Assembly: GCA_944331955.1 (NCBI GenBank)
Contig: CALVIY010000002.1
Coordinates: 7,802 to 71,801 of the forward strand
Origin: an uncultured Bacilli bacterium
GTDB taxonomy: Bacteria; Bacillota_I; Bacilli_A; RF39; UBA660
DNA: 64,000 nucleotides
Direction: 5' to 3'
The first letter of the stretch is position 1, and each line of letters starts with the position of its first letter. This document shows positions 30,770 to 42,762 of the stretch, in pieces. The notes beneath the pieces are model-generated. The model saw only the letters and a program-made list of their open reading frames with translations. It was not told where the DNA came from and did not search any database. A program made the translations under genes and the position numbers.

Positions 30770-30843
30770 AGCTCTTCTCCATTTTAATAATTGTATTACA
30801 AAGTGAGAAAATGGGCAAGAGGAAATTATAGCCAAAAAGCGAC

Positions 30844-31479
30844 TCATTTTCTCTTTATATTTTTCTTGTTATCAAATTCATTTGTTAAACATAACTTTCC
30901 ATATATAATTCCAGTTAATGTTCCCATTCCAGTAGCAGCTAGCCAGGTTATAGTATCATTAAAATTAGACTCATTACTTTCTTTTGTCATTATTATATTT
31001 TCATAATCAATGGTGTTAATCTCTAATTCTTCTAAGATATTTTCATAGTTTAAAGGGAGATTTTTATTTTCAATTTTATCTGAATAATTATAATCACTTA
31101 TTACTGATAATGATCTTCCATTCTCAAATTGACTTTGTTTTTTTAGTTTCTCTTCTTCTGTTAGGCTACCATTAGTAAATCCATATACTTCTATATCATA
31201 ATTATCACCAGATGATATATAGTTTTTTAACTCTAACTCATTAATATCTTCTAGTTTTTCAGCAGAAAGATATTTATAAGTTGGATTTAGTTTTTTATAT
31301 CCATCACTTGTTAAAAGAATTTTATCAGTAGTTACTTGGTAAGATTCTATAAAGTCTACTTTAAATGGAACTTTGTTTTTTAATTTTTGACTTAAAGTAA
31401 AGCTTGCTCCTCCTACTATTAAGCCACCTGTGATGGCACTGATTGTAATATTTCTAATACTTTTGCTATTTACTTTCAT
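30844..31479 (-). CDS. Membrane-anchored hypothetical protein
   Basis: N-terminal TM (ITISAITGGLIVGGASF). Confidence 0.5.
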   Translation of the reverse strand: MKVNSKSIRNITISAITGGLIVGGASFTLSQKLKNKVPFKVDFIESYQVTTDKILLTSDGYKKLNPTYKYLSAEKLEDINELELKNYISSGDNYDIEVYGFTNGSLTEEEKLKKQSQFENGRSLSVISDYNYSDKIENKNLPLNYENILEELEINTIDYENIIMTKESNESNFNDTITWLAATGMGTLTGIIYGKLCLTNEFDNKKNIKRK

Positions 31480-31539
31480 TATGTTTCCCCCTTTTGAAGA
31501 AGTTGTTACATTATATCATATTTTCCTTATTGCGTCAAA

Positions 31540-31580
31540 TTTAGTAAAAAAGACTATTAACAATTGTTAACAGTCTTTAT
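31540..31580 (-). terminator. Terminator of the ribosomal protein cluster (after rplQ)
   Basis: AGACTGTTAACAA-TTGTTAATAGTCT near-perfect 13-bp stem then TTTTTT on the minus strand. Confidence 0.7.
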
Positions 31581-31582
31581 AT

Positions 31583-31951
31583 TTATTTAGATTCTTCTTT
31601 AGTTTCTTCGTCTACTAATTTAATGATAGCAAGTAATGCTCCATCTCCACGACGTTCACCTAATTTAAATATTTGTGTATAACCACCATTTCTAGTAGCA
31701 TAACGTGGAGCTAGTTCATTAAATATTTTATTTACAACAGCTTTGTCATTGTGAAGAAAAGCTAGGGCTCTACGACGACTACCAAGATCTCCCTTCTTAC
31801 CATAAGTAATCATTTTATCAACAGCTTTTCTAACTTCTTTAGCTCTTGTTTCAGTAGTTGTTATATGGCCATTCATAATTACTTGTTTAGTAAGAGTTGC
31901 TAACATACTTCTTCTGTGTTTATTATCAACGCCTAATTTTCTATATGCCAT
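31583..31951 (-). CDS. rplQ: 50S ribosomal protein L17
   Basis: [33 protein letters not shown]. Confidence 0.95.
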   Translation of the reverse strand: MAYRKLGVDNKHRRSMLATLTKQVIMNGHITTTETRAKEVRKAVDKMITYGKKGDLGSRRRALAFLHNDKAVVNKIFNELAPRYATRNGGYTQIFKLGERRGDGALLAIIKLVDEETKEESK

Positions 31952-31963
31952 AAGTTTACCTCC

Positions 31964-32914
31964 TTAATCATCATCTCTTAGGTCAAGCCCTAATTCTTTA
32001 ATTTTATCTAATACTTCTTTTAATGATTTCTTTCCTAAATTACGGATTTTCATCATATCGTTTTCGCTCTTATTAACTAGGTCTTGTAATGTATGAACAC
32101 CTGCTCTTTTTAAGCAGTTATATGCTCTTACTGAGAAGTCTAAATCTTCAATAGAAGTTTCTAATGCTTTAGTTTTTGGATCTTCTGTTTTTTCAATCAT
32201 CATACCACTTACATTAGAAATATCACTTAATTCAGTAACTAATTTAAAGTGTTCAATTAATATTTTTGCAGCAAGGGCGATAGATTCTTCTGGTTTAATA
32301 GAACCATTAGTCCATACTTCCATTACTAATTTATCATAACTTTCATCTTGTCCAACTCTGGCACTTTCTACTTCATATGAAACTCTTTCAATTGGAGAAT
32401 AGATAGCATCCATAGCGATGAAACCATTTTTCTTATTATCTTCTTTAAGGGCAGAGTCTTCACTCTTAACATAACCACGACCGTTAGTAACAATCATTGT
32501 CATGTTTATTGATCCACCTTTAGCAAGAGTAGCAATAACATGGCCTTTATTGATTATTTCAATATCAGAATCTGCTTCGATATCTCCAGCTGTTACTACT
32601 CCTTCTCCTTCTTTTTTAAGAGTAATTATTTTAGTATCTTCTGTATGATTCTTAACAATTACTCCTTTTAAGTTAAGGATAATTGTAGTTACATCTTCTA
32701 TAACTCCATCCATAGTTTGGAATTCATGTAACACACCATCAATTTTAACAGCACTAATTGCACTACCTGGTAATGATGATAACATTACTCTTCTTAAAGC
32801 ATTTCCTAAAGTTGTACCAAAACCTCTTTCTAGTGGTTCTAGTTCAAATTTTCCATAGAAATTATTTTCTACATAATCAGTAATTTTATAAACTGGTTTT
32901 TCAAATTCTATCAA
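31964..32914 (-). CDS. rpoA: DNA-directed RNA polymerase alpha subunit
   Basis: Start set at TTG (32914) after GGGAGG, giving MIEFEKPVYKI...ERGFGTTLGNALRRVMLSS. The longer listed ORF would overlap rpsK. Confidence 0.92.
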   Translation of the reverse strand: MIEFEKPVYKITDYVENNFYGKFELEPLERGFGTTLGNALRRVMLSSLPGSAISAVKIDGVLHEFQTMDGVIEDVTTIILNLKGVIVKNHTEDTKIITLKKEGEGVVTAGDIEADSDIEIINKGHVIATLAKGGSINMTMIVTNGRGYVKSEDSALKEDNKKNGFIAMDAIYSPIERVSYEVESARVGQDESYDKLVMEVWTNGSIKPEESIALAAKILIEHFKLVTELSDISNVSGMMIEKTEDPKTKALETSIEDLDFSVRAYNCLKRAGVHTLQDLVNKSENDMMKIRNLGKKSLKEVLDKIKELGLDLRDDD

Positions 32915-32933
32915 TTTATTAACCTCCCTTTTA

Positions 32934-33317
32934 TTATCCACGAGGACGCTTTGGTGGACGGCATCCATTATGTGGAATTGGTGTAACATCAGTAATTCCT
33001 GTTACTTCAAGACCTGCTGTTTGAAGTGATCTAATAGCTGTTTCTCTTCCTGGTCCTAATCCTTTAACGAATACTTCAACTTTACGCATTCCCATATCAT
33101 AAGCTGCTTTTCCTGCTTGTTCTGCTGCCATACCTGCTGCGAATGGAGTTGATTTTTTACTTCCTTTAAATCCTAAAGCACCACTTGATGCCCAACTTAC
33201 AGTATTACCTTCTTTATCAGTGATTGTAACAATTGTATTATTAAAAGTTGCACCGATATGTACTACACCTTCAGGTATATTCTTTTTAACTTTTCTTTTT
33301 CTTGTCTTATAAGCCAT
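32934..33317 (-). CDS. rpsK: 30S ribosomal protein S11
   Basis: ...[13 protein letters not shown]-terminus. Confidence 0.95.
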   Translation of the reverse strand: MAYKTRKRKVKKNIPEGVVHIGATFNNTIVTITDKEGNTVSWASSGALGFKGSKKSTPFAAGMAAEQAGKAAYDMGMRKVEVFVKGLGPGRETAIRSLQTAGLEVTGITDVTPIPHNGCRPPKRPRG

Positions 33318-33332
33318 AACTTAACCTCCTAA

Positions 33333-33698
33333 CTACTTCTTCTTGTTAGCTACTACTTTACCTCTACCCTTACGAGTACGAGCATTTCTATTAGTTCTTT
33401 GACCTCTTACAGGTAAACCTTTTTTATGACGTGTTCCTTCATATGAATTAATTTCCATTTTAGTCTTAATATTCATACTAACTTCACGACGTAAGTCTCC
33501 TTCAGTTGTATGTTTATTAATTTCATCTCTTAAGGCAATTAACTCATCTTGTGTTAAGTCTCCTGCTTTTTTAGTTGGGTCTACTTTAGCATTTTTACAG
33601 ATTTTCTTAGCTAAACTTCTACCAATTCCGTAGATATATGTAAGTGATATACATATATGTTTGTCATTTGGAATATCTACACCTTTAATACGTGCCAT
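33333..33698 (-). CDS. rpsM: 30S ribosomal protein S13
   Basis: [26 protein letters not shown]. Confidence 0.95.
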   Translation of the reverse strand: MARIKGVDIPNDKHICISLTYIYGIGRSLAKKICKNAKVDPTKKAGDLTQDELIALRDEINKHTTEGDLRREVSMNIKTKMEINSYEGTRHKKGLPVRGQRTNRNARTRKGRGKVVANKKK

Positions 33699-33713
33699 AA
33701 TTTCTCCTCCTTA

Positions 33714-33827
33714 TTAACCTTGTACTTGTTTGTGTTTTGGATTTTCACAAATTACTCTGATTTTACCTTTTCTTCTTACTATTTTGCATTTTGGGCAAAT
33801 TTTCTTTACACTTGCTCTTACTTTCAT
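33714..33827 (-). CDS. rpmJ: 50S ribosomal protein L36 (37 aa, unlisted ORF)
   Basis: [37 protein letters not shown] with AGGAGG upstream. Confidence 0.9.
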   Translation of the reverse strand: MKVRASVKKICPKCKIVRRKGKIRVICENPKHKQVQG

Positions 33828-33841
33828 TTTTATCCCTCCTA

Positions 33842-34057
33842 TTATATACGATAGGTAATACGCCCATGTGTTAAATCATAAGGCGATAGTTCTAACTTAA
33901 CGGTATCACCTGGTAAGATGCGAATGTAGTTCATTCGTATTTTACCAGAAACATGAGCTTCTACAATATGTCCGTTTTCTAGTTTAACCTTGAACTTACC
34001 ACCTGGTATAATTTCTAGAACTTTACCTTCAACTTCAATAACATCATCTTTAGCCAT
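33842..34057 (-). CDS. infA: Translation initiation factor IF-1
   Basis: [15 protein letters not shown]...[19 protein letters not shown]. Confidence 0.95.
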   Translation of the reverse strand: MAKDDVIEVEGKVLEIIPGGKFKVKLENGHIVEAHVSGKIRMNYIRILPGDTVKLELSPYDLTHGRITYRI

Positions 34058-34061
34058 CTTT

Positions 34062-34808
34062 TCACTCTCCTGTTAAAATCTCTACTCCATCATTAGTTAT
34101 TGCAATTGTATGTTCAAAATGTGCTGATAATGATGAGTCTATTGTAACAACAGTCCAGTCGTTATCTTCAAGATAGATATCTGGACTACCTAAAGTTAAC
34201 ATCGGTTCAATGGCAATAACCATGCCATCTCTAATTTTAGGTCCTGTTCCTTTAGTACCATAGTTTGGAACATCAGGGGACTCATGCACACTAGTTCCAA
34301 CACCATGTCCTACTAATTCTTTAACGATACCTAAGTTATGTTCTTTAGAATATTTTTCTATGGCATAACTGATATCGCCTATTCTATTACCAACTTTTGC
34401 TTGCTTAATTCCTTCATACAAAGCTTTTTCTGTATGTTCTAATAGATATTTAGCATCATCACTTACTTTGCCTACTTCATAGGTCCAAGCTGAATCGCCA
34501 TGATAACCTTTATAACAAGCGCCAATATCAATAGATATAATGTCACCGTCTTTTAGAATTCTATCTCCTGGAAAACCATGAACAACTTCATCATTAATAC
34601 TTATACAAAGTGTAGAAGGAAAACCTTCATAACCTTTAAATGAAGGAGTTGCTCCTTTACTTCTTATGAATTCTTCAGCAAGACGATCTAATTCTTTTGT
34701 TTTAATCCCGGCTTTAATATAGGGGCGTAAATACTGATGTGTAAGATAGACAATATGTCCAGCTTCCTTTAATAGTTCAATTTCTCTTTTACTTTTTAAA
34801 GTAATCAT
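34062..34808 (-). CDS. map: Methionine aminopeptidase type I
   Basis: Pita-bread fold motifs [10 protein letters not shown] and HGVGTSVHE. Confidence 0.92.
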   Translation of the reverse strand: MITLKSKREIELLKEAGHIVYLTHQYLRPYIKAGIKTKELDRLAEEFIRSKGATPSFKGYEGFPSTLCISINDEVVHGFPGDRILKDGDIISIDIGACYKGYHGDSAWTYEVGKVSDDAKYLLEHTEKALYEGIKQAKVGNRIGDISYAIEKYSKEHNLGIVKELVGHGVGTSVHESPDVPNYGTKGTGPKIRDGMVIAIEPMLTLGSPDIYLEDNDWTVVTIDSSLSAHFEHTIAITNDGVEILTGE

Positions 34809-34811
34809 TAT

Positions 34812-35471
34812 TTACATCCCCTCTTTTAAAACCTTATCGATTCTTTCGGCAACTTCTTCTACAGAAGCATCGCCATTGATTACATATAATATACCTTTTT
34901 CAGTATAATAGTCAAGTAGTGGTTTAGTTTTTTCTATATATAAATCATATCTATTTTTAAATGATGTTATATTATCATCATTTCTTTGATATAATCTACC
35001 ACCACATTTATCACATATTGATTCTGTTTGTGGCTTTTCGTTTATAGAATTAATATTGTAAACTGTACCACAATCTTCACATATTCTTCTGCCTGTAATT
35101 CTTTTCTCAAGAACTTCTTGGGGAATATCTAATTTTAAAACATAACCTAATTCTTGATTTAAATCTTTTAATATTTCATCATATTTATAAGCTTGTTCTA
35201 TATTTCTTGGAAAACCATCTAGAACATAACCATTCTTACAGTCAGATTGTGATAGGCGGTTAGTTAATAGTTCATATGTTATTTCATTTTTAACTAATTC
35301 TCCATTATCTAACACTTCACTAATATATCTACCTAACTCACTATCTTTTTTCGCTTCATCTCTTAAGATGTCACCTGTTGAGATATGTGGTAGGTTATAT
35401 TTCTTTTCTATAATAGAACTTTGTGTCCCCTTACCAGCGGCAGGGGGAGCGATAAAGATTATATTTTTCAT
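34812..35471 (-). CDS. adk: Adenylate kinase (Zn-finger lid)
   Basis: FIAPPAAGKGTQS P-loop; CEDCG...CDKCGG lid. Confidence 0.95.
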   Translation of the reverse strand: MKNIIFIAPPAAGKGTQSSIIEKKYNLPHISTGDILRDEAKKDSELGRYISEVLDNGELVKNEITYELLTNRLSQSDCKNGYVLDGFPRNIEQAYKYDEILKDLNQELGYVLKLDIPQEVLEKRITGRRICEDCGTVYNINSINEKPQTESICDKCGGRLYQRNDDNITSFKNRYDLYIEKTKPLLDYYTEKGILYVINGDASVEEVAERIDKVLKEGM

Positions 35472-36733
35472 CTTCTACTATAACCCTTCTTATAGTTTCT
35501 AGAAAGAAGACTTCCTTCTATCTGTTTATAAGTTTCTAGTGCAACTCCTACAACAATTAATAAACCTGTACCTCCAATACTAACACTTGTTGGTAAGCTT
35601 GTAAATCCTGAGAATATTATTGGTAAAGCTACTATAATTGCTAAGAAGATTGAACCTAAACAAGTTATTCTTGTTAAGACTTTTGATAAGTAAGTCTTTG
35701 TTTCATTTCCTGGTCTTATTCCTGGAATGTAGCCTCCACTTTCTTGAAGATTTTTAGCAAAGTCTTCTGGTTTGAAAACCATGTAAGTATATACGAATCC
35801 GAATAGGAATATAAATATTACATAGATAATAAATCCTACCGGTGTTGTATATGTTAAATAGTTACTAACGAAAAGACTAAAGCTTTCATTATTTATTAAG
35901 CTAGCAATAATTCCTGGAATAGCCATTAAACTTGATGCAAATATCACAGGTACAACCCCAGCGGTATTTACTTTAATTGGAACATATGAAGCAGCGCTTT
36001 GTCCATAACTTGTTGATTTATTAGCATATTGAATTGGAACTTTACGCTCTGCCATTTGAACAAAGATAACGCCAACGATGATAGCAAAGTAAATTATTGC
36101 AAACAAGATAAACTTAACTATACCTAATGCTATTTCTTGAGTTGTTCCATCGAATATTACTAATCCCTGGAAAGCATCAATAAACATTTGTGGTAGTGTT
36201 GCAATAATACCTGCCATAATTATTAGACTTAAACCATTACCTATTCCTTTTCTTGTAATTTGATCTCCTAACCAAAGTAGGAAAGCAGTACCTGCTGTTA
36301 AGACTACTGATATATATAAATATTCAGTGGCACTAGCAGTTCTACCTAAGAACATGAATGAGAAGGCATAGCCTTGAATAAAAGCAAAAAGTATTCCCAT
36401 ATATCTTGAATAGGTATTGATTTTTTGTCTACCTACATGTCCTTGTTTATTTAATTCTTGAAAATAAGGAATTAGTTCTCCTAATAGTTGCATTACAATC
36501 GTTGCTGTAATATATGGCATAACACCTAAAGCAAAGATTGAAAAGTTTTGTAAGGCACCACCACCCATAGTATTAACTAATTCTAGGAAACCTAGGTTAC
36601 TAGTAATACTATCGGTACCTGGTACTTGAATAGTTGTTCCAATTATGAAAATAGCTAATGCTACTAAAGTAAAACCAATTCTTTTTAGTAAGTCTCTATT
36701 TGTAGGCTTAAATAATTGCTTTAATAGAGGCAT
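35468..36733 (-). CDS. secY: Preprotein translocase SecY
   Basis: Ten-TM SecY pattern (GVMPYITATIVMQLL). Confidence 0.95.
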   Translation of the reverse strand: MPLLKQLFKPTNRDLLKRIGFTLVALAIFIIGTTIQVPGTDSITSNLGFLELVNTMGGGALQNFSIFALGVMPYITATIVMQLLGELIPYFQELNKQGHVGRQKINTYSRYMGILFAFIQGYAFSFMFLGRTASATEYLYISVVLTAGTAFLLWLGDQITRKGIGNGLSLIIMAGIIATLPQMFIDAFQGLVIFDGTTQEIALGIVKFILFAIIYFAIIVGVIFVQMAERKVPIQYANKSTSYGQSAASYVPIKVNTAGVVPVIFASSLMAIPGIIASLINNESFSLFVSNYLTYTTPVGFIIYVIFIFLFGFVYTYMVFKPEDFAKNLQESGGYIPGIRPGNETKTYLSKVLTRITCLGSIFLAIIVALPIIFSGFTSLPTSVSIGGTGLLIVVGVALETYKQIEGSLLSRNYKKGYSRR

Positions 36734-36734
36734 C

Positions 36735-37178
36735 TTAGATCACCTCGGCTTTACTTCCTGATTCTTCAATTTTTCTTAATGCACTACTTGAAAATCTATG
36801 AGCTTGAATTGTAATCTTCTTTTCAAGTGAACCATTTCCTAATACTTTAATTCCATCTAGTTGTTTTTTTACAATTCCTTTTTCTTTAAGTAATGCTGAT
36901 GTAACTACATCTCCATCATTAAATACATTTAAATCTGAAAGATTAACTACTGCATATACTGTTTTAAAATCATGATTACTAAATCCTCTTTTTGGAAGAC
37001 GTCTATATAGTGGTAATTGTCCACCTTCGAATACTGGTGAAACTCCTCCACCACTACGAGCATTTTGTCCTTTTTGTCCACGTCCTGATGTTTTACCTGA
37101 TCCTGAACCAGGTCCACGTCCTACTATCTTTTTACGGAAAGTAGCACCTTCATTTTTCTTTAATTCATGTAACTTCAT
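36735..37178 (-). CDS. rplO: 50S ribosomal protein L15
   Basis: [34 protein letters not shown]. Confidence 0.95.
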   Translation of the reverse strand: MKLHELKKNEGATFRKKIVGRGPGSGSGKTSGRGQKGQNARSGGGVSPVFEGGQLPLYRRLPKRGFSNHDFKTVYAVVNLSDLNVFNDGDVVTSALLKEKGIVKKQLDGIKVLGNGSLEKKITIQAHRFSSSALRKIEESGSKAEVI

Positions 37179-37687
37179 TATCCTAAAATCTCCTCTACAC
37201 TTTTACCACGAAGTTTTGCAACTTCTTCTACTGTTTTTATACTCTTAAGACCATTTATAGCAGCATTTGCCATATTTAGTTTAGTTCTAGCACCAAGAGA
37301 TTTAGATACAACATCACGAACTCCAGCTAATTCAAGGACAGCCCTTACACTACCTCCAGCAATGATACCAGTACCTTCTTTAGCTGGTTTTAACATTACT
37401 TTAGCAGCTCCACTTACTCCTATTACTTCATGTGTAATAGTTCTTCCATCAATTAAATTTATAGTAATCATATTTTTATTAGCATCTTGAATTGCTTTTT
37501 TAATAGCATCTGGTACTTCAAATGCTTTACCAGTACCGATACCAACATGTCCTTTACGATCTCCAACAACAACAACTGCTGAAAAACGACGTTGACGTCC
37601 ACCTTTTGTAACTTTAACTACACTTTTAAGTTGAACGACTAGTTCTTCAATTTGTTTTTCTTTGGCATCGTTTGTTTGTTTTTGCAT
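37178..37687 (-). CDS. rpsE: 30S ribosomal protein S5
   Basis: [31 protein letters not shown]. Confidence 0.95.
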   Translation of the reverse strand: MQKQTNDAKEKQIEELVVQLKSVVKVTKGGRQRRFSAVVVVGDRKGHVGIGTGKAFEVPDAIKKAIQDANKNMITINLIDGRTITHEVIGVSGAAKVMLKPAKEGTGIIAGGSVRAVLELAGVRDVVSKSLGARTKLNMANAAINGLKSIKTVEEVAKLRGKSVEEILG

Positions 37688-37698
37688 ATTTACCCTCC

Positions 37699-38061
37699 TT
37701 AGAACTCTAGTCCATTTTCACGTGCAGCATCTGCTAATGCTTTAACACGTCCATGATAAAGATATCCACCTCTATCAAATACTACTTTTTTAATGCCAGC
37801 TTCACTACATTTTTTAGCGATACTAACACCTACAGCAGTAGCTGCTTCAATGTTTGATTTATTTTTTAAATTTAAATCTTTATCTCTAGAAGAAGCAGAT
37901 ACTAAAGTAGTAGAACTCTCATCATCTATAACTTGTGCATAGATTGCAGTATTTGATCTAAATACATTTAATCTTGGAATTTCACTTGTTCCACTTAAAT
38001 GAGTTCTAATTCTAGCATGACGCACCTCACGCATACTATTTCTTGATTTTTTACTAATCAT
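37699..38061 (-). CDS. rplR: 50S ribosomal protein L18
   Basis: Conserved L18 sequence. Confidence 0.93.
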   Translation of the reverse strand: MISKKSRNSMREVRHARIRTHLSGTSEIPRLNVFRSNTAIYAQVIDDESSTTLVSASSRDKDLNLKNKSNIEAATAVGVSIAKKCSEAGIKKVVFDRGGYLYHGRVKALADAARENGLEF

Positions 38062-38084
38062 ATATTTCTCTCCTTCCTACTAGC

Positions 38085-38615
38085 TTAAGCAGCTTTCTTT
38101 CCTTCTTTACGTCTAATATGTTCATCTTTATAGCGAATACCTTTACCTTTATATGGTTCAGGGCGACGTACTTTTCTTACGTTGGCAGCAAATTCTCCAA
38201 CTAATACTTTATCAATACCCTTAACAGTTATTTCTGTATTAGATTGTGCTTCTACAGTAAGCCCTTCAGGTATAGTCATTTCTACTGGATGAGAATAACC
38301 TGCATTAATAGTTAATTTTTTACCACTTACATTGAAACGATATCCAACACCTACTATTTCTAGTCCCTTCTCATATCCTTTAGTTACACCTGTAATCATA
38401 TTTTGAAGAAGTGCATTCATTGTTCCATGCATTGCTTTTACTGCATCGCTTACTCTTGTTAATGTTATTTCATTGTCCTTTTGTTCCATGCTAATTCCTT
38501 TTAGCATTCTTTGGCTCAAGCTTCCCTTTGGGCCAGTAACTGTTACGATTCCGTCAACTTCCGCAACTGTTACTCCTGCGGGAACTTCAATTTTACGATT
38601 TCCAATACGGCTCAT
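38085..38615 (-). CDS. rplF: 50S ribosomal protein L6
   Basis: MSRIGNRKIEVPAGVTV. Confidence 0.95.
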   Translation of the reverse strand: MSRIGNRKIEVPAGVTVAEVDGIVTVTGPKGSLSQRMLKGISMEQKDNEITLTRVSDAVKAMHGTMNALLQNMITGVTKGYEKGLEIVGVGYRFNVSGKKLTINAGYSHPVEMTIPEGLTVEAQSNTEITVKGIDKVLVGEFAANVRKVRRPEPYKGKGIRYKDEHIRRKEGKKAA

Positions 38616-38630
38616 TCAAAACACCTCCTT

Positions 38631-39032
38631 TTACCAAACATAAGCTAAGACTTCGCCACCAAGTTTTTGTCTTCTTGCTTCTTTATCTGTCATAATTCCC
38701 TTAGATGTAGAAATTATTGCAATTCCTAGTCCATTTAATACTACTGGAATTTCATCAGTTTTAGCATATACTCTAAGTCCTGGTTTAGAAATTCTCTTTA
38801 AGCCTGTTATTACTCTTTCTTTATTTTCACCATATTTTAATGTTAGAACGATTGTACCTTGTACATCATTTTTTTCTAACTTGTAATCTTTAATAAATCC
38901 TTCTTCTTTTAAAATTCTTGCTATTTCTAATTTTAATTTTGATGAAGGAACTTTTACTTCTTCATAACGCATAGCATTAGCATTACGAATACGAGTTAAC
39001 ATATCTGCAATTGTATCTGTAACTACAGCCAT
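38631..39032 (-). CDS. rpsH: 30S ribosomal protein S8
   Basis: [18 protein letters not shown]. Confidence 0.95.
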   Translation of the reverse strand: MAVVTDTIADMLTRIRNANAMRYEEVKVPSSKLKLEIARILKEEGFIKDYKLEKNDVQGTIVLTLKYGENKERVITGLKRISKPGLRVYAKTDEIPVVLNGLGIAIISTSKGIMTDKEARRQKLGGEVLAYVW

Positions 39033-39048
39033 CTTTTTTCCTCCTTTT

Positions 39049-39234
39049 CTACCAGCTTGATTTTTTTACGCCTGGTATTTGTCCTTTATAAGCCAATTCA
39101 CGGAAGCAAATACGGCAGATTCCAAATTTACTCATAACTGCATGAGGTCTGCCACAACGTGCACAACGAGTGTATTCACGTACTTTGTATTTTGGCTTTC
39201 TACTTTGTTTTACAACCATACTTTTTCTTGCCAT
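39049..39234 (-). CDS. rpsZ: 30S ribosomal protein S14 type Z (zinc-binding, 61 aa)
   Basis: [23 protein letters not shown]. Confidence 0.95.
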   Translation of the reverse strand: MARKSMVVKQSRKPKYKVREYTRCARCGRPHAVMSKFGICRICFRELAYKGQIPGVKKSSW

Positions 39235-39247
39235 CTTTTACCCTCCA

Positions 39248-39784
39248 TTACTTTCTAAAAGGAATTCCAAGACCTTTTAATAGGTCATATGCTTCTTCAT
39301 TAGTTTTAGCAGTTGTTACGAATATAATATCCATACCACGTACTTTTACTATTTCATCATAGTTTATTTCACTAAAGATTAATTGTTCTTTAATACCTAA
39401 TGTATAATTACCACGACCATCGAAAGATTTTGGATTAACTCCTCTAAAATCACGAACTTGTGGAAGTGAGATAGAAATTAGTTTGTCAACAAAGTTATAC
39501 ATGTTGTCATTTCTAAGGGTTACTTTACATCCAATTTTTTGTCCTTCTCTTATTTTAAAACCAGCGATTGATTTCTTTGCTTTTGTAACTACTGGTTTTT
39601 GTCCTGAGATTTTTTCAAGATCTGCTACTGCTGCATCTAATAATTTAGAGTTTGTTGTAGCGTCTCCAACACCCATATTGATAACAACTTTTTCTAGTTT
39701 TGGTACTTCCATTATAGATTTATAACCATATTTACTCATAAGAGCTGGAACTACTTCTTTATTATATTTTTCTTTTAATGTCAT
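39248..39784 (-). CDS. rplE: 50S ribosomal protein L5
   Basis: Start moved to [11 protein letters not shown] (AGGAGG RBS). Confidence 0.93.
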   Translation of the reverse strand: MTLKEKYNKEVVPALMSKYGYKSIMEVPKLEKVVINMGVGDATTNSKLLDAAVADLEKISGQKPVVTKAKKSIAGFKIREGQKIGCKVTLRNDNMYNFVDKLISISLPQVRDFRGVNPKSFDGRGNYTLGIKEQLIFSEINYDEIVKVRGMDIIFVTTAKTNEEAYDLLKGLGIPFRK

Positions 39785-39801
39785 TTTGTTACCTCCTTCC
39801 A

Positions 39802-40110
39802 CTAATCTAGTACTTCTTTAGATTTAGTACTTATTCTTACTTTTTTTCCATTTTTGTCTGTTGTATGTCCGATTCTTGTTCCTTTTTTAGTTTTTGGATC
39901 AATAATCATAACATTAGATGCATCGATAGGAGCTTCTATTTCAAGGATTCCTCCTGATGCTTGTCCTGTAGGTTTTTGATGTTTCTTAACAATATGGACA
40001 CCTTCTACAATAACTTTATTTTCATTTTTTAATGTTTTGATTATTTTTCCTTCTTTTCCTTTATCGGCACCGCTTATTACAACGACTTTATCTCCAACTT
40101 TTAACTTCAT
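39802..40110 (-). CDS. rplX: 50S ribosomal protein L24
   Basis: [23 protein letters not shown]. Confidence 0.95.
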   Translation of the reverse strand: MKLKVGDKVVVISGADKGKEGKIIKTLKNENKVIVEGVHIVKKHQKPTGQASGGILEIEAPIDASNVMIIDPKTKKGTRIGHTTDKNGKKVRISTKSKEVLD

Positions 40111-40121
40111 AACTTTCCTCC

Positions 40122-40490
40122 TTATAGTACTTCTTTCGCAAGACTTACTATCTTCATATAGTCTTTATCACGAAGTTCACGTGCTACTGGACCAAAGACA
40201 CGAGTTCCGACTGGACTTTTATCATCTTTAATGATTACGCAAGCGTTATCATCAAATTTGATATAACTACCATCTTCACGTCTTACTCCTTGACGGCTTC
40301 TTACGATTACAGCTTTTACTACTTTACCTTTAGGAAGTGGTGAATTTGGTATAGCATTTTTTACGGTTCCAACAACTACATCTCCGATATTTCCAGTTTT
40401 AACATGACTTCCTCCTAGCACTCTGATTACTAATAATTCACGTGCTCCTGAGTTGTCTGCAACTTTTAATCTACTTTCTTGTTGTAACAT
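40122..40490 (-). CDS. rplN: 50S ribosomal protein L14
   Basis: [27 protein letters not shown]. Confidence 0.95.
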   Translation of the reverse strand: MLQQESRLKVADNSGARELLVIRVLGGSHVKTGNIGDVVVGTVKNAIPNSPLPKGKVVKAVIVRSRQGVRREDGSYIKFDDNACVIIKDDKSPVGTRVFGPVARELRDKDYMKIVSLAKEVL

Positions 40491-40515
40491 AGATTATCCT
40501 CCTTTACCTTAAGAG

Positions 40516-40776
40516 TTATAGAATAACTGCTTCTTTTACGATTTCTTTTAAGTAGAAATGTTTAGTTTTAGAAATTGGTTTAGTTTCAACAATTCTAACT
40601 ACATCTCCTACTTTTGCTTTGTTTGTTTCATCATGTACACTGTATTTTTTAGATGATTTAACTCTTTTATGATATTTTGGGTGCATTTTATGTGTTTCAA
40701 CTAAAACTGTAATAGTTTTATTGTTTTTAGTACTTACGACTTTACCAACTAATTCATGTGTCATTTTCTTTTCCAT
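40516..40776 (-). CDS. rpsQ: 30S ribosomal protein S17
   Basis: Conserved S17 sequence. Confidence 0.93.
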   Translation of the reverse strand: MEKKMTHELVGKVVSTKNNKTITVLVETHKMHPKYHKRVKSSKKYSVHDETNKAKVGDVVRIVETKPISKTKHFYLKEIVKEAVIL

Positions 40777-40786
40777 AACTTACCTC

Positions 40787-40990
40787 CTAATCAACCTTTT
40801 CTTCTTTCTCACGTTCTTTTAAAACGGTTTTTAGTCTTGCTACTTGGTGTCTTAAATCTCTTAATCTAGAAGGTTTTTCAAGGTTACCCATTGCGCTGTT
40901 TATTCTCAAGTTAAATAGTTCTTCTTTAGATTCTTTTAATTTAGCATTGATTTCTTCGTTTGATAATTCTCTAATTTCTTTAACCTTCAT
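40787..40990 (-). CDS. rpmC: 50S ribosomal protein L29
   Basis: Start moved to [10 protein letters not shown] (GGAGGTG RBS). Confidence 0.9.
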   Translation of the reverse strand: MKVKEIRELSNEEINAKLKESKEELFNLRINSAMGNLEKPSRLRDLRHQVARLKTVLKEREKEEKVD

Positions 40991-41420
40991 TAGTAACACC
41001 TCCGTCTACTGTGTCTTCTTTCTTTACAAATTTGCAAGTTATTGGTAATTTATGGCTTGCTAGTCGTAATGCTTCACGAGCAACTTCTTCAGAAACACCT
41101 GCAACTTCAAACATGATTTTTCCTTCTTTAACTACTGCTACCCATTCTTCAACGTTACCTTTACCTTTTCCTTGACGTGTACCGATTGGTTTCTTTGTAA
41201 GTGGCATGTGTGGGAATATATTAATCCATACTTTACCACCACGTTTCATATAACGAGTCATGGCAACACGAGCTGCTTCGATTTGATTAGCTGTGATCCA
41301 TGCTCCTTCTTTGGCTTGTAAACCATATTCACCAAAGTGTAATTCACGGTTACCTCTAGATTTGCCTTCGTAAGGTAATCTGTGAACACGACGATATTTA
41401 GTTCTTGATGGAATTAACAC
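40980..41420 (-). CDS. rplP: 50S ribosomal protein L16 (GTG start)
   Basis: AGGAGG + 8 nt + GTG gives (M)[13 protein letters not shown]... The longer listed ORF overlaps rpsC out of frame. Confidence 0.9.
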   Translation of the reverse strand: MLIPSRTKYRRVHRLPYEGKSRGNRELHFGEYGLQAKEGAWITANQIEAARVAMTRYMKRGGKVWINIFPHMPLTKKPIGTRQGKGKGNVEEWVAVVKEGKIMFEVAGVSEEVAREALRLASHKLPITCKFVKKEDTVDGGVTNEG

Positions 41421-41421
41421 T

Positions 41422-42114
41422 CTAATTACCTCCTTTAGCTTTTCTATCTTTTCTATCTTTTCTTTCTTCTTTAGTAACTTTCTTAGATGGTAGGATTTCA
41501 CCTTTGTAAATCCATACTTTTACACCAATTTTACCAAATGTTGTATCAGCTTCACTTGTGGCATAGTCTACATCTGCTCTTAGGGTATGTAGAGGAATTG
41601 TTCCTTCTGTATATCCTTCACTACGTGCCATATCAGCACCACCTAAACGTCCTGATACTTTTGTTTTGATACCTTTAGCTCCTGCTTTCATTGCATTTCT
41701 AATTGCACGTTTTTGAGCCATTCTAAATGATGCTCTGTTTGTAATTTGACTAGCAATTGAATCTGCAACAAGTTGTGCATTAAGGTCTGCTTTCTTAATA
41801 TCAACGATTGATATATTAATGTTTTCTCCAACGGCATTTGATAGTTTACTCTTAAGTTTTGCAATCTCTTCTCCACCTCTACCAATAATAACACCTGGTC
41901 TTGATGTGTGGATTGAAACTTCGCATTTCTTTGGAGTTCTTTCTATTTCAATTTTGGCAATTCCGGCATTTTTAAGATTTTTTTCTAGATAATTTCTAAT
42001 CTTAATATCATTTACTAATACTTTAGAAACATCTTCTTTTGGAGCATACCATTTAGCTTCCCAGTCTTTATTGATGCCAAGTCTTAGTCCGTTTGGATTA
42101 ACTTTTTGTCCCAT
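41422..42114 (-). CDS. rpsC: 30S ribosomal protein S3
   Basis: [24 protein letters not shown]. Confidence 0.95.
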   Translation of the reverse strand: MGQKVNPNGLRLGINKDWEAKWYAPKEDVSKVLVNDIKIRNYLEKNLKNAGIAKIEIERTPKKCEVSIHTSRPGVIIGRGGEEIAKLKSKLSNAVGENINISIVDIKKADLNAQLVADSIASQITNRASFRMAQKRAIRNAMKAGAKGIKTKVSGRLGGADMARSEGYTEGTIPLHTLRADVDYATSEADTTFGKIGVKVWIYKGEILPSKKVTKEERKDRKDRKAKGGN

Positions 42115-42129
42115 TATAGTTCCTCCTTA

Positions 42130-42462
42130 TTATTTTGTAGCCACTGTTATAACTATGTGACTTGTTCTTTTATCTTTATGTCCGATGCGTCCACGTGAAT
42201 CGAATAATACTCTTTTCATTACAGGTCCAGCATCAACGCGTGCTTCCTTTACATATAAATCGTCAGCTTCCATACCATTATTATTTACGGCATTTGCTAC
42301 TGCTGAATTTAAGACTTTCTTAGTAAGGATAGCTGCTTTTTTATTTGTATTTTCTAATATTGCTAGAGCATCACTTACTTTTTTACCACGAATAGTATCG
42401 ATTACTAAACGAGCTTTAATAGGTGATATTCTTTGCATTTTAGCAATTGCTTTTGCTTCCAT
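42130..42462 (-). CDS. rplV: 50S ribosomal protein L22
   Basis: Conserved L22 sequence. Confidence 0.93.
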   Translation of the reverse strand: MEAKAIAKMQRISPIKARLVIDTIRGKKVSDALAILENTNKKAAILTKKVLNSAVANAVNNNGMEADDLYVKEARVDAGPVMKRVLFDSRGRIGHKDKRTSHIVITVATK

Positions 42463-42484
42463 TTTCTAACTCCTCCTAGTCTCT

Positions 42485-42751
42485 TTATTTTTTGTCAGAG
42501 CCATGTCCACCATTTTTACGAGTTAAAGCAAATTCTCCTAATTTGTGTCCAACCATGTCTTCAGTAACATAAACGGGGATAAATTCTTTACCGTTATGAA
42601 CTGCAAAGGTGTGGCCGATAAATTCAGGAAAGATAGTAGAACGGCGTGACCAAGTTTTAATTACTTCTTTTTTTCCAGTTTCATTTAATTTTTGAACCTT
42701 TTTTAATAGTCTTGCAAATACATAAGGTCCTTTCTTTAAACTTCTAGCCAT
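42485..42751 (-). CDS. rpsS: 30S ribosomal protein S19
   Basis: [19 protein letters not shown]. Confidence 0.95.
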   Translation of the reverse strand: MARSLKKGPYVFARLLKKVQKLNETGKKEVIKTWSRRSTIFPEFIGHTFAVHNGKEFIPVYVTEDMVGHKLGEFALTRKNGGHGSDKK

Positions 42752-42762
42752 ATTTTATCCTC

